The notes below the pieces were generated by a model. The model saw only the letters and a program-made list of their open reading frames with translations. It did no database searches and had not been told where the DNA came from. From NCBI GenBank assembly GCA_023245195.1, contig JAHFKU010000002.1:1-49827 (forward strand): a DNA stretch of 49,827 bases, in the 5' to 3' direction. Below are positions 18,701 through 27,665 of this stretch, piece by piece. Each line of letters opens with the position of its first letter. Positions within the stretch are counted from its first letter, which is position 1. Both the position numbers and the translations under genes were made by a program. Source of the DNA: Candidatus Staskawiczbacteria bacterium. GTDB taxonomy: Bacteria; Patescibacteriota; Minisyncoccia; Minisyncoccales; Staskawiczbacteraceae.

Positions 18701-19365
18701 ACTTTGGCAAACAAATCCCGGATAACTTCAGCGCCCGTGCCGGCTTCAAACATTTCACCGTATTTAAGCGACAGTTCGTTGTAAGCAACTTCCGACAAAA
18801 TCATCAAAGGCTTAATTGAAAGCACTTCTTCTTTAACTTTTTCGCGGGCCGTTTTTAGTTCGTTTTTGGCGGTATCAGTTGTTTCTTTCTTAACCTTGGT
18901 TTTAAATTCTTGTTCTATTTGGTCTAAAATAGTTTGGCGGGCGGCATCGTTAACTTTGGTAATAATATAGCTTGAAAAATAAATAACTTTTTCAAGTTGC
19001 TGGCTGGATTTATTTAATACGAGCCCCATGCGGCTTGGCACGCCTCGCAAAAACCAAATATGCGAAACCGGAGTGGCCAGCTTAATATGGCCCATTCTCT
19101 CGCGCCGTACACTAGACTTAGTTACCTCAACCCCGCAGCGGTCGCACACGACACCTTTATACCTGATTCTTTTATACTTTCCGCAGGCGCATTCATAGTC
19201 TTTATCCGGCCCGAAAATCCGCTCATCAAAAAGACCGTCCTTTTCAGGCTTTTGGGTTCGGTAGTTAATGGTTTCAGGAGTTACCACTTCACCGTGCGAC
19301 CATGACAAAATCTCTTCAGGAGAAGCGATTTTGATTCGAATTGATTCTAAGTCTACTACTCGCAT
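15754..19365 (-). CDS. rpoC: DNA-directed RNA polymerase subunit beta'
   Basis: 1203 aa with the catalytic NADFDGDQM motif and a zinc-binding CxxC N-terminus. Confidence 0.97.
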   Translation of the reverse strand: MRVVDLESIRIKIASPEEILSWSHGEVVTPETINYRTQKPEKDGLFDERIFGPDKDYECACGKYKRIRYKGVVCDRCGVEVTKSSVRRERMGHIKLATPVSHIWFLRGVPSRMGLVLNKSSQQLEKVIYFSSYIITKVNDAARQTILDQIEQEFKTKVKKETTDTAKNELKTAREKVKEEVLSIKPLMILSEVAYNELSLKYGEMFEAGTGAEVIRDLFAKVDLQITTDELQKEAEEAPPITKKKILRRLKMFQGMLRAKVRPEWMFVNILPILPPDLRPMVQLDGGRYASSDLNDLYRRVINRNNRLKYLQEISAPSVIVRNEKRMLQEAVDALIDNEMRKGVTTTATTGGKRLLKSLAAILAGKQGRFRQNLLGKRVDYSGRSVITVGTELHFSQCGLPKNLALEIFKPFVIKRILDKELAYNIRGAARLIDEKIPEVWAILEEIVKDKLVLLNRAPTLHRLGIQAFHPVLTEGDTIKLHPFACEAFNADFDGDQMAVYLPLSEEAQKEAREIMLSSLNLLRSSSGMPAIGPYRDIALGCYFLSRLVEPKNEKDVPWYSSDSEAITAHEFGYLDLNTKIKVPNPKSDAHEIIETSVGRLILNASLPKDYPYVSKLIDNKSLKVMIRDIIEKYHGEVAIDTLDKIKTMGFEYCTLSGISWGMDDLIVPKEKKQLILDSEKEVERIDSHYEKGLLSHEEKTSQKILIWQSVKSKLEGLLKTTLPEDGPVLSIINAGARGTWAQLVQMAGMKGLVNNPSGDIIELPVKASFTEGFNVLEYFISTHGARKGTADTALRTSSAGYLTRRLVDVAHDVIVSEEDCGDKKGITVFRKDADSIEQNFVYKLVGRFSVEDVVSKQDNPVSAKATAGKEKNIIVKKGETIDWHQAAQIVKEEIEKVAVRSPLACKSIRGVCQKCYGWDLGRNQVIKLGEAVGVVAAQAIGEPGTQLTLRTHHLGGVAGAGDITQGLPRIEEIFESRAPKGEAVMSLSEGEVVKIDEEKKIVTIKPYGEAGKKAKSKELTVDYQIPPRIAMLVKVGDEVKENQPLCGGNLDLKKLYKASGLEETQKYILREVQRIYASQGVDIHDKHVEIIIQKMFSRIRIKEEGDSLWVKGEIVEWSVFAEEIERLKDLKKAVPMGAQILLGISEVALASESFLSAASFQQTSRVLIKASLEGKVDYLRGLKENVIIGKIIPVGTGFHKSK

Positions 19366-19385
19366 GGGTTTGTATTAATTAGTTA

Positions 19386-19802
19386 TTATTTATTTTGTGA
19401 ATTTAAAGGTAGTGTGTCTTTTACAAAGAAGTATTCAATATCACCAACTACTCCCTGAATATCCTGCTTACTAATTTGTAAATCTAACTCAGGATAATTA
19501 TCATCATAGATAAATTTTACTTGAGAACCTGAGATAAAAAATTTACCCGAGACAAGTTTAGCGGTTCCATCCGATTGATTAATTCTATTATGAATAAAAG
19601 TGCCATCTGCATTAAGAATAATATAATGCTCTGCTCCATGAGGTTCAAAATATTTACCAATTATCATATCTGAGTTTTGAAGATTTAAATTTGGTTGAAC
19701 ACTGGTCACCGGAGCTTGAAACTTTGGCACAAGCAAAACTACTCCCGCTAAAGCGATAACAACAATTGCAAGAATAATGATGATTAAAACTTTTTTATCC
19801 AT
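19386..19802 (-). CDS. hypothetical signal-anchored protein encoded between rpoB and rpoC
   Basis: 138 aa with an N-terminal TM helix (VLIIIILAIVVIALAGVVLLV). Its ATG overlaps the rpoB stop (TAATG), and rpoC starts 20 nt downstream. Confidence 0.55.
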   Translation of the reverse strand: MDKKVLIIIILAIVVIALAGVVLLVPKFQAPVTSVQPNLNLQNSDMIIGKYFEPHGAEHYIILNADGTFIHNRINQSDGTAKLVSGKFFISGSQVKFIYDDNYPELDLQISKQDIQGVVGDIEYFFVKDTLPLNSQNK

Positions 19803-22800
19803 TATTTTTTGTCAGTTTTAATTTCGCGGATTTTTTCCTTTACTTCCACCGCCATGCCCAAAGATTTTAATTCAGCCACCAGCAAGTTAAATGAAGCTGG
19901 AATGTTGGGGTTTTTAATCGGTTCGCCCTTCAAAATGCTTTCATAGGTTGTCGCTCTTCCCACCACGTCGTCGGATTTAATCGTCAACATTTCCTGCAAC
20001 GTGTAAGCAGCGCCATAACCTTCCAGCGCCCACACTTCCATTTCTCCAAATCTCTGACCTCCAAATTGGGCTTTTCCTCCCAAAGGCTGCTGGGTAATTA
20101 GCGAATAAGGCCCAATGGATCTTGCATGCACTTTATCATCCACCATGTGGATCAACTTCATAATATACATGTATCCAACGGTAATCGGCTTTGGAAAGGG
20201 CGAACCGGTTTTTCCGTCATACAGCGTAGCCTGGCCTGATTCGGGAAGTCCCGCTTCTTTCAATTCTTTTTTAATATCTTCTTTATTAGCTCCCAATAAT
20301 GAAGGGGAAATGGCCAAATAATTTAATTTTTTAGCGGCCCAGCCCAAGTGGGTTTCGAGCACCTGCCCAAGGTTCATTCGGCTTGGCACTGACAATGGTG
20401 AAATAATCAAGTCAATCGGAGTTCCATCGGCCAAAAATGGCATTTCATCTTCTTTTAAAATTTTTGAAACCACTCCTTTATTTCCGTGGCGCCCAACTAA
20501 TTTATCTCCCACTTTTACGTGGCGCAATTCAGAAATTTCTACCTGGATTTTTTTAATAACGCCGGGTTCTAATTTATGCCCCAAATCGCGCGAGAATATT
20601 TTAACATTGGTGACTTTTCCGTGTTTTCCATGCTCTAATTTAAGCGATGTGTCTTTAACATCCTTGGCTTTATCTCCAAAAATCGCCCTTAGTAATCGTT
20701 CTTCTGGAGTCAGTTCGGCTTCCCCTTTTGGCGAAATCTTACCAACTAAAATGTCATTTGGGCCCACCGAAGCTCCTACTCTAATCACCCCTTCTTCGTC
20801 CAAATCTTTTAATTTTTCTTCTCCGACGTTTGGAATATCTGAAGTCGTAACTTCCGGCCCCAATTTTGTTTCTCTGACATCGCAGGTAAAATCTTCAATG
20901 TGAATAGAAGTAAATTCAAATTCTTTCACCAGTTTTTCTGAAATGGTAATTGAGTCTTCAAAACCGCCTCCGCGAAGCGGCATAATGCACATTAAAATAT
21001 TCCGGCCAAGCGCCAGCCTGCCCTGGTTAATAGAAGCTCCATCGGCCAGGACATCTCCTTTTTTAATTTTTTCACCCTTTTTGACAATCGGTTTTTGGTG
21101 GAAACAAGAATACTGGTTGGTTTTGACAAACGTCTGCAATTCATATTCTTCATCAACTTTCTTGCCGCCAATCATATATTCTACGGCAATTTTTTGAGCA
21201 TCCACTTCTGTGACCACGCCATCAGCGCGAGCCAAAATCACCTGTCCTGAATCGCGGGCTACATTCCGTTCAACTCCCGTTCCAACCAAAGGTGCTTCGG
21301 GCCTTACCAAAGGCACAGCTTGCCGTTGCATGTTAGAACCCATCAAGGCACGCGAAGCATCATCATTTTGTAAAAATGGAATCAATGAAGCGGCAGCAGA
21401 AATAAATTGCTTGCTGGAAACATCGGAATAATCTACCTTAGAAATTTCAACTTCCGAAGGTTCGCCTTTTACCCTGGCTTCAACTTTATTGGGCGGGATT
21501 TCAGGAAGAATTTTGCCTTTATCATCAATCGGCACCGAAGCTGGAACAATCACGTATCGTTCTTCTTCTTGAGCTGAAAGATAATGCACTTCATCGGTTA
21601 TTCTGCCGTTTTTTACTTTAAAATAAGGGGCTTCAATAAATCCATACGGATTTATTTTAGCAAACGAAGCCAGATGTCCTACCAATCCAACATTAGGACC
21701 TTCGGGGGTTTCGATAGGACAAATTCGGCCATAGTGGCTAGGTTGCACGTCTCGCACTTCAAAACCGGCTCTTTCACGGGTTAATCCTCCGGGTCCAGTT
21801 GTAGTTAATCTTCGCTTGTGTTCAAGTTCAGCCAAGGGATTTTCGTTATCCATAAACTGGGAAAACTGCGAAGACGTGAAAAATTCTTTAACCACCGCCA
21901 TCAAAGGCCGTGGATTAATAACCTGAATAGCTGTTAGGGTAGCTGGATCCAGGGTAGACATTTTATCCTTGATAATTCTTTCCATTCGCATCAAGCCAAC
22001 CCTTAATCTGTTTTGCAAGAGTTCGGACAATGTCCTAACCCTTCGGTTTCCTAAGTGATCCACCTGGTCGGGCTTGGCACCCGGAGTATTATTTAATCTG
22101 ATAACCTCTTTGACTACTTCTATTAAATCTTCTATTTTTAGCGTCCTTTCTTCTTTTTCTATTTCTTTGTCTTTTTTGTTTTTATTTAAAATCGGTAGCC
22201 GTTGCCAAGTTTTCCATCGTCCCACTTTCGATAAATCATAACGATCAAAATTAAAAAACATGTTAAAAATCAAATCTTGGGCGGTATCAGGAGTTACCAA
22301 ATCACCCGGCCTTAACCTTCGATAAATTTCTACCAGGGCTTCTTTTTGATCTTTGCAGGTATCACGTTTTAAGGTTTCTTTAATATACTTTACCTCTCCC
22401 GTATCTACATCTTTAAATTCTTTTTCAATTTTTTCTATATTTTCCAAACCCAGTGCCATCAGCAATGTAGTAGCCGGAACCTTTCGTTTGCGATTGATTT
22501 TAACGCCGATAAATCCGGATTCTTCCGTTTCAAATTCCAGCCAGGCCCCTCGGTTTGGAATAATTTTTGCTCCAAATAAATTCCGGCCACGCGAAAGCCT
22601 GGTAGTAAAAAAAGCGCCCGGAGATCTGATTAATTGAGAAACTACAACCCTTTCTACTCCATTGACAATAAAGGTTCCCCGTTCGGTCATATAAGGAAAA
22701 TCAGCCAAAAAGACTTCTTGTTCTTTGACTTCTTTGGTTTTTTTATTGACCAACCTAATTTTGACTCGCAGTGGAACTTCTAAAGAATCATTATTCCTTT

Positions 22801-23032
22801 TTGCTTCCAAGCCGTTTTTGTAGTTTGGCTTGCCAAAATTATAATCCAAAAACCAGAGCTCGAATTCTTTGCCCGTGTGGTCTAAAATTGGAGAAATTTC
22901 AGAAAAGAGTTCTTTAATCCTAACTTCGGTAAAATCATCCCAAGTCTCCCGCTGCATCTGCAAGAGATGGGGAGTTGGAAAGACAAGTTTGGACTTTGAA
23001 AAATTCCTAACTTTTTGCAGTATTTCAGCCAT
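19802..23032 (-). CDS. rpoB: DNA-directed RNA polymerase subunit beta
   Basis: 1076 aa with conserved beta-subunit blocks (e.g. GRHGNKGV, FGGQRFGEMEVWALE). Confidence 0.97.
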   Translation of the reverse strand: MAEILQKVRNFSKSKLVFPTPHLLQMQRETWDDFTEVRIKELFSEISPILDHTGKEFELWFLDYNFGKPNYKNGLEAKRNNDSLEVPLRVKIRLVNKKTKEVKEQEVFLADFPYMTERGTFIVNGVERVVVSQLIRSPGAFFTTRLSRGRNLFGAKIIPNRGAWLEFETEESGFIGVKINRKRKVPATTLLMALGLENIEKIEKEFKDVDTGEVKYIKETLKRDTCKDQKEALVEIYRRLRPGDLVTPDTAQDLIFNMFFNFDRYDLSKVGRWKTWQRLPILNKNKKDKEIEKEERTLKIEDLIEVVKEVIRLNNTPGAKPDQVDHLGNRRVRTLSELLQNRLRVGLMRMERIIKDKMSTLDPATLTAIQVINPRPLMAVVKEFFTSSQFSQFMDNENPLAELEHKRRLTTTGPGGLTRERAGFEVRDVQPSHYGRICPIETPEGPNVGLVGHLASFAKINPYGFIEAPYFKVKNGRITDEVHYLSAQEEERYVIVPASVPIDDKGKILPEIPPNKVEARVKGEPSEVEISKVDYSDVSSKQFISAAASLIPFLQNDDASRALMGSNMQRQAVPLVRPEAPLVGTGVERNVARDSGQVILARADGVVTEVDAQKIAVEYMIGGKKVDEEYELQTFVKTNQYSCFHQKPIVKKGEKIKKGDVLADGASINQGRLALGRNILMCIMPLRGGGFEDSITISEKLVKEFEFTSIHIEDFTCDVRETKLGPEVTTSDIPNVGEEKLKDLDEEGVIRVGASVGPNDILVGKISPKGEAELTPEERLLRAIFGDKAKDVKDTSLKLEHGKHGKVTNVKIFSRDLGHKLEPGVIKKIQVEISELRHVKVGDKLVGRHGNKGVVSKILKEDEMPFLADGTPIDLIISPLSVPSRMNLGQVLETHLGWAAKKLNYLAISPSLLGANKEDIKKELKEAGLPESGQATLYDGKTGSPFPKPITVGYMYIMKLIHMVDDKVHARSIGPYSLITQQPLGGKAQFGGQRFGEMEVWALEGYGAAYTLQEMLTIKSDDVVGRATTYESILKGEPIKNPNIPASFNLLVAELKSLGMAVEVKEKIREIKTDKK

Positions 23033-23038
23033 CGCGTG

Positions 23039-23140
23039 AGAAGCTGGAATCTTGGAGCTGGAAGCTGGAATTGAATAAATGAATTCAGAATTCTAAATTC
23101 CGTATTCTATTCTAGCTTCAAGCTACTAGCTTCTAGATTC
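23039..23140. repeat. Imperfect palindrome of AGCTGGAA / CTAGCTTC words upstream of rpoB
   Basis: GAGAAGCTGGAATCTTGGAGCTGGAAGCTGGAA ... TTCTAGCTTCAAGCTACTAGCTTCTAGATTC arms lie around a GAATTC centre. Arms pair with G-U positions on the plus strand. Confidence 0.65.
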
Positions 23141-23481
23141 AAGTTATTTAAAACACAAAATGCCCTTCGCAATTAGGGCACTAAAAATATATTTGTTATA
23201 AAAACAAAAAATCGGTTTGCATTAAAAATTAACCGTGTTAAGGCTTTCGTTTTTTTATTTAAATCCGAAACTTGTCATTAATCTGGCGTTTTGAAATGTT
23301 GTAATAGGAGAGAACAAAATGGCTACTTCTTTTGTATATTCTCTATCCTATTCCTTTATCAAAAAAATGTCAAGACCTTCGCCTAAGAATTGCCTAAGAA
23401 TTGAGTGGTTCGATCGTCTTAGTTAGTACAGAGGTCGAAAAAAGTGGTTTCATATTATTAACACAATGCAATAAAAATATT

Positions 23482-23898
23482 ATGATAACTATATTAGACA
23501 GCTTCATTCTTTTTTTAATAAGTCCCGTAGGTTTTTTGTTGTCAATTTCTTTGTTGATATACCTTGAATATCTAACCGTTAAAAATATCATCAAAGACCC
23601 GGGCACCAAACGTTTCGCAACCATAATAGCTAATTATATTCATCAGTATCGGTTAAAAAAGATGCCTTTGAATTTATCTGAAAAAGTAGCTCTTGATACC
23701 GTTTCCAGGAGAGAAGATATCGGAACAAAAGAAATTGCCGAAAATGTCGGCATTGCCGTCACGACGACCCGGAAATTAATGAAAGACTTGGCGGATAAAG
23801 GCTATGTGCATCGTAAAATTAATATGAATGATAGGCGGTCATTCAGCTATGCAATCTCCCCCCAATATATGCAAAAAATGAAAAGGCATCACGCTTAA
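23482..23898 (+). CDS. membrane-anchored winged-helix (MarR/TrmB-like) DNA-binding protein
   Basis: ATG at 23482 is preferred. N-terminal hydrophobic helices (ILDSFILFLISPVGFLLSISLLIYL), then a wHTH-like segment (IGTKEIAENVGIAVTTTRKLMKDLADKGYVHRK). Confidence 0.5.
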   Translation: MITILDSFILFLISPVGFLLSISLLIYLEYLTVKNIIKDPGTKRFATIIANYIHQYRLKKMPLNLSEKVALDTVSRREDIGTKEIAENVGIAVTTTRKLMKDLADKGYVHRKINMNDRRSFSYAISPQYMQKMKRHHA

Positions 23899-23930
23899 TG
23901 CCTAATAACACAAAGAATCTTCGCGATTTA

Positions 23931-23972
23931 AAAATACTATCTTTTTTGCAATTGCAAAAAAGATAGTATTTT
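23931..23972. terminator. Perfect 42-nt palindrome centred on CAATTG; likely bidirectional terminator
   Basis: AAAATACTATCTTTTTTGCAA / TTGCAAAAAAGATAGTATTTT lies between convergent genes and is followed by T residues. Confidence 0.7.
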
Positions 23973-24008
23973 TTGGTGCAAAAATATCGTTATCACCGCT
24001 ATCTAAGC

Positions 24009-25157
24009 CTAAGGCAGTACATTCACTTTTAAAGAATCTTCTACCTTCGTGTTTAATTCCACCGGGCCCTGATTTTGCTTTTGTTGGTTGCCTTGATCAT
24101 CATGACTGCCCTTTGTATCGGTGCCGATATTATGTTGCGCTGGAATATTAATAGGAACATTCACGCCAAGACGATTTTTGGCATCTATCAGGTACTTTGA
24201 TTCTTGGACAATTACCGAAGCCCGCCTCAAAGAAGATGCAGAAGATTGGTAATCATTATTGGTTTGAATATGGCGCCTGCCTTCATCAATGTTTTGCTGT
24301 ACTAAATTCAAATTATCTTCTAATTGGGAAACCCCTTGGGGACCGATTTTTGCTTTATTATCTTCTATCAATTTTTTAATGGCCGTGACCGATTTTTCTA
24401 CGGCAGAAATTTTTTCTTGGATGTTTTTTTCATTGTCTTGATTAGAAGTTTGCTTTGAATCTTTTGAAATATTATTTGAAACCGCACCACCCATAGATAT
24501 ATGAGAAGTTATGCTTTCAATATTGCCAACCAAAGGGCCTGAAGCTTGGTGAGGCGTATTTTTATGCAGGCCATCAATGATAATGCCATGAGCCCGAAGC
24601 ATGGCTTCAAAATTAACTGATGCGACTTCCAATTTTTTTTCATCTTCTACTCCGTGCAATTGATTTGCATACAGGGAAACTTTTCGGACACGATCTTGAA
24701 AATCACTATTAAGCTGGGTTTCTTGGCTACCATTAAACCTTCCCTGGATCGTAAGTTTTTCCGCTTCCTGCAGCCTAAGTTCGGCCAGTCGAATATTCAG
24801 GTTTAACTTGGCGGTATCAGAAAAAGCTAATACCTCTTCTATCTTTTCATTAAAACCCACCTTCATCGGGTAAAGAACATCACCAGGAAGCGCAAAAGAA
24901 GCCTTCACGCTAGCAATACCCCCAACTGACAGAAACAGCATGAGGCTAGCAAGCGCCACTGCCGGAATCCGTAATTTAAAGCCATTCATATTGGCAACCA
25001 TAAAACCAAACCAGTTTCTCTGTTGCATATGTTCTTGGGTCAACGGATGCGCTTTCATAAACCGCAAGACTTCCTGATGGATGGCATCTTTTCTTTTTTC
25101 TTCCAAACCGACTTTTTGCGCCGGTTTAAATATTTTTTCTATGGGATCAAGATTCAT
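24009..25157 (-). CDS. anti-sigma-factor-like membrane protein with DUF5667-like extracytoplasmic domain
   Basis: 382 aa with a short cytoplasmic N-terminus, one TM helix, then LPGDVLYPMKVGFNEKIEE...RLAELRLQEAEKL. Overlaps the sigma gene by 11 nt. Confidence 0.6.
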   Translation of the reverse strand: MNLDPIEKIFKPAQKVGLEEKRKDAIHQEVLRFMKAHPLTQEHMQQRNWFGFMVANMNGFKLRIPAVALASLMLFLSVGGIASVKASFALPGDVLYPMKVGFNEKIEEVLAFSDTAKLNLNIRLAELRLQEAEKLTIQGRFNGSQETQLNSDFQDRVRKVSLYANQLHGVEDEKKLEVASVNFEAMLRAHGIIIDGLHKNTPHQASGPLVGNIESITSHISMGGAVSNNISKDSKQTSNQDNEKNIQEKISAVEKSVTAIKKLIEDNKAKIGPQGVSQLEDNLNLVQQNIDEGRRHIQTNNDYQSSASSLRRASVIVQESKYLIDAKNRLGVNVPINIPAQHNIGTDTKGSHDDQGNQQKQNQGPVELNTKVEDSLKVNVLP

Positions 25158-25680
25158 GGTATTTTGTTTTTATGATTTCTCTTAATTTTTTCATGGCGTA
25201 ATTTATTTTCACCGAAACGGCATTGGTGGAAATTCCAAGAATTTTTGCAATTTCTGGGGGAGATAACTGATCAATGTAACGCATGGTAATAACTTGCCGG
25301 TATTTTTCATCTAAATCATCTAAGGTCGCTACGATCTCTTTTATCTCAAAATCATCGATCATGCTGTTTTCTATGCTATGGAGACGTACTGACACCTCCT
25401 TTTCTTTCATATCATCAAAGGCGAGGGCTGTCTTTTTACGGCTATGATCAATAATAAGGTTTAGGGCAACCCTATAAAGGAAGGCTTTAATGCTCTTTAC
25501 TTCCTTTCCCTCGGTAATATACTTCCAAGTCTTAATAAAGGTTTCTTGGGTCAGATCTTCTGCTAAATCCTTATTGTAGACCCTAAAATAACAATGCCGA
25601 TAGATTGCATCGGCATATTGCTGGTAGGCGTCCAAGAATTCCTTTTCTTTGTGATGCTTTTTGGCATTAAAATCCTCCAT
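25147..25680 (-). CDS. ECF-type RNA polymerase sigma-70 family factor
   Basis: 177 aa with region 2 (DLAEDLTQETFIKTW) and the region 4 HTH (LSPPEIAKILGISTNAVSVKINYAMKKL). Confidence 0.85.
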   Translation of the reverse strand: MEDFNAKKHHKEKEFLDAYQQYADAIYRHCYFRVYNKDLAEDLTQETFIKTWKYITEGKEVKSIKAFLYRVALNLIIDHSRKKTALAFDDMKEKEVSVRLHSIENSMIDDFEIKEIVATLDDLDEKYRQVITMRYIDQLSPPEIAKILGISTNAVSVKINYAMKKLREIIKTKYHES

Positions 25681-25856
25681 GGGTTTTGTATATCAAGGAT
25701 ATCATACGACAATACAAACATAAAGCCAAGGTTCACGTTTAAAAGATTTTATGAAGTTGGGCGTCTTAGCTTGTGTACCCCGATAAAAATTAACCTAATT
25801 CCTCCTCCAACCGTCATTTTATATCTTAAAATAACAGGAAAGGGAGAATAAAAACT

Positions 25857-26636
25857 ATGTTTAACTATGTAACACAAAAATTCATCGCTTCGATGCTCGT
25901 CTTAAGCACAATCTTGGCCGGTGCATCATTCATTCCGGCTTTGGCACAAGCAAAAGATAATAACGGCTTGCATATGGGCCTTTCGGCCAACGCCAATGTT
26001 GGAGCACAAGATAATGACAACGAACATGCAAAGGCGCAATTTCATCAAGATACCAATATTGGCCTCGGGGTTTTAAACCTTGAACTGATGCAAACTACCA
26101 GCGGTTCAGATGGCAAAGCCATCAAAGAAGTAATAAAGCCCGCCCAAAACATCTTCAAACAGGCAGTCAAAGATGCAAAAACAGCTTATAAAAATGCTAA
26201 GAAAAATGCTCAAGTCCAGTTTAAAGCTTCTATGAAAGCTGCAACCAGCCAAGCTGATCGGATTGCCGCTATCAAAACTTATTTTGCTAACGTTCTGGCC
26301 GCTTTCAAGGTAAAAACATCTGCCATTGAAACCGCCTTCCAGGCATTTATCAATACGAACTTTACCATTAACCATAAGCCCATCGCCAATGCCCAAACGG
26401 TAAATGTCAACGCCAACTCTTCAGTTAATATTACCTTGAGTGGCAGCGACCCAGAAGGATCTCTGCTTACCTATGTTGTCGTGAATGGCGCTTTGCATGG
26501 AACGCTTTCTGGCACAGCTCCCAACTTGACCTACTCTCCCAATGCCGGTTTTACCGGAAGCGATAGCTTTACCTTTAAGGTTAATGATGGAAGCCTAGAT
26601 AGCACCTTAGCCACTGTTTCGATTATCGTACATTAA
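25857..26636 (+). CDS. secreted protein with C-terminal cadherin-like / bacterial Ig-like domain
   Basis: Signal peptide ending ALAQA, an Ala/Lys-rich helical region, then NHKPIANAQTVNVNANSSVNITLSGSDPEG..LTY.....GTLSG...LTYSPNAGFTGSDSFTFKVNDG. Confidence 0.65.
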   Translation: MFNYVTQKFIASMLVLSTILAGASFIPALAQAKDNNGLHMGLSANANVGAQDNDNEHAKAQFHQDTNIGLGVLNLELMQTTSGSDGKAIKEVIKPAQNIFKQAVKDAKTAYKNAKKNAQVQFKASMKAATSQADRIAAIKTYFANVLAAFKVKTSAIETAFQAFINTNFTINHKPIANAQTVNVNANSSVNITLSGSDPEGSLLTYVVVNGALHGTLSGTAPNLTYSPNAGFTGSDSFTFKVNDGSLDSTLATVSIIVH

Positions 26637-26663
26637 AAATTCAAGAGAAGTTATTAAGCACAC

Positions 26664-26705
26664 AAACAACCACCGGCCCATGCATGGGCCGGTGGTTGTT
26701 TTTGT
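26664..26705. terminator. Intrinsic terminator
   Basis: AAACAACCACCGGCCCA-TGCA-TGGGCCGGTGGTTGTTTTTG. Confidence 0.85.
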
Positions 26706-26778
26706 GAATCGATTACCATAAAATTTCTAAAAAAAGCCCCTCATTACCAGATTTGGTGTGAGGGACAAAAATTATCAA

Positions 26779-27132
26779 TCAAGTTTTGAGTTTTTTCAGT
26801 AATGCGATTCGCTTTAAATGAATCCACTCTTGAAAAACTACTTCGCTGTACTCCCAGCTTTGTTCTTGGAGCCATCTTTTCAGGATAAAGAAAGAACTTT
26901 TTGCTTCGGGACCTAATTCAATGGTTGATAAGAGGAAAGGCGTCTCCTTCAAGGGAATGCCATGTTCTTTGGACAGGCTTTCTAAGCATTCAACACATAG
27001 TTTCCTAAATTTTTTAACAAAGAATTGAGTCGATCCATATAATACTAAAACTTCTAGAACGAAACCAAAAAGATTGCGAATGTCGTTAACAGTAACGGCG
27101 TCACTCTTCTTTTGGCTATTATTTACGAACAT
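26779..27132 (-). CDS. hypothetical protein
   Basis: 117 aa ORF with no recognisable motif. Confidence 0.4.
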   Translation of the reverse strand: MFVNNSQKKSDAVTVNDIRNLFGFVLEVLVLYGSTQFFVKKFRKLCVECLESLSKEHGIPLKETPFLLSTIELGPEAKSSFFILKRWLQEQSWEYSEVVFQEWIHLKRIALLKKLKT

Positions 27133-27185
27133 AAACCAGTCTCCTTTCTAAGGAAATGAGATTAGCCATGATTTCTTAAGAACGG

Positions 27186-27271
27186 CGGAGGGGGTGGGAG
27201 TCGAACCCACATAGCAACTTGCGTCGCTAATGTTTAGCAAACATTTGCACCAACCGTTATGCGCCCCCTCC
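27186..27271 (-). tRNA. tRNA-Ser (anticodon GCT), type II
   Basis: Reverse complement folds with acceptor GGAGGGG/CCCCTCC, anticodon stem AATGT/ACATT with loop TTGCTAA, a long variable arm and T-loop TTCGACT. Confidence 0.85.
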
Positions 27272-27348
27272 AATTGTTTTTAATTCTAACTTTAAAAACC
27301 CATTAAGTCAATTTGATAAATATTTATTATTATGATAAAAACAATCTT

Positions 27349-27433
27349 GGAGGAGTCCTATAGCGGCTATTAGAACGGTCTTGAAAACCGTGACCCTTTA
27401 CAGGGTTCGTGGGTTCGAGTCCCACCTCCTCCG
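27349..27433 (+). tRNA. tRNA-Ser (anticodon TGA), type II
   Basis: Acceptor GGAGGAG/CTCCTCC, anticodon stem ACGGT/ACCGT with loop CTTGAAA, variable arm GACCCTTTACAGGGTTC, T-arm GTGGG-TTCGAGT-CCCAC. Confidence 0.85.
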
Positions 27434-27437
27434 CACC

Positions 27438-27642
27438 AAAAACCCCGCCGTAGCTGTGAATTACCAAACCCCTCGGAGGTATTTTGTCCAAATTTGGAGA
27501 TAGAAATGTGATAGAATTTTTAGGCTTAGCCAAAGGCTCCGCCTGAAAATTATAGCACATTTATAGCCCAAATTTGGACGAAAGACCCCGAAATTGTTTT
27601 ATTATTGGGGTTTGGTAATTTACAGCGCAGTAGCGGGGTTTT
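27438..27642 (+). ncRNA. Long-hairpin element E1 (family E1-E3), in the tRNA-Ser(TGA) trailer; also terminator-like
   Basis: Outer stem AAAACCCCGC...AATTACCAAACCCC / GGGGTTTGGTAATT...GCGGGGTTTT. The core shares GATAGAATTT, AAATTATnGC and GAAAGACCYGAAA blocks and the stem architecture with E2 and E3. A T-run follows. Confidence 0.5.
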
Positions 27643-27665
27643 GTTTTTGAATTTTTTTTAATTCC

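Noticed and set aside
15839-22637. Numerous 60-170-aa ORFs overlapping rpoC and rpoB (similar cases occur in ftsK, recA, valS, recG, nrdA, rnj and trpS)
   Set aside because: They are embedded in or antisense to long, strongly supported housekeeping genes. This is the expected shadow-ORF background.
25681-25856. ECF-type promoter (GAAC-N16/17-CGT) in the divergent sigma / cadherin-like intergenic region
   Set aside because: TGAAC and CGT elements exist on the minus strand but are about 22 nt apart, which is outside the usual spacing. No confident call can be made.
27330-27560. ORF 27330..27560 (-)
   Set aside because: It is antisense to tRNA-Ser(TGA) and element E1.
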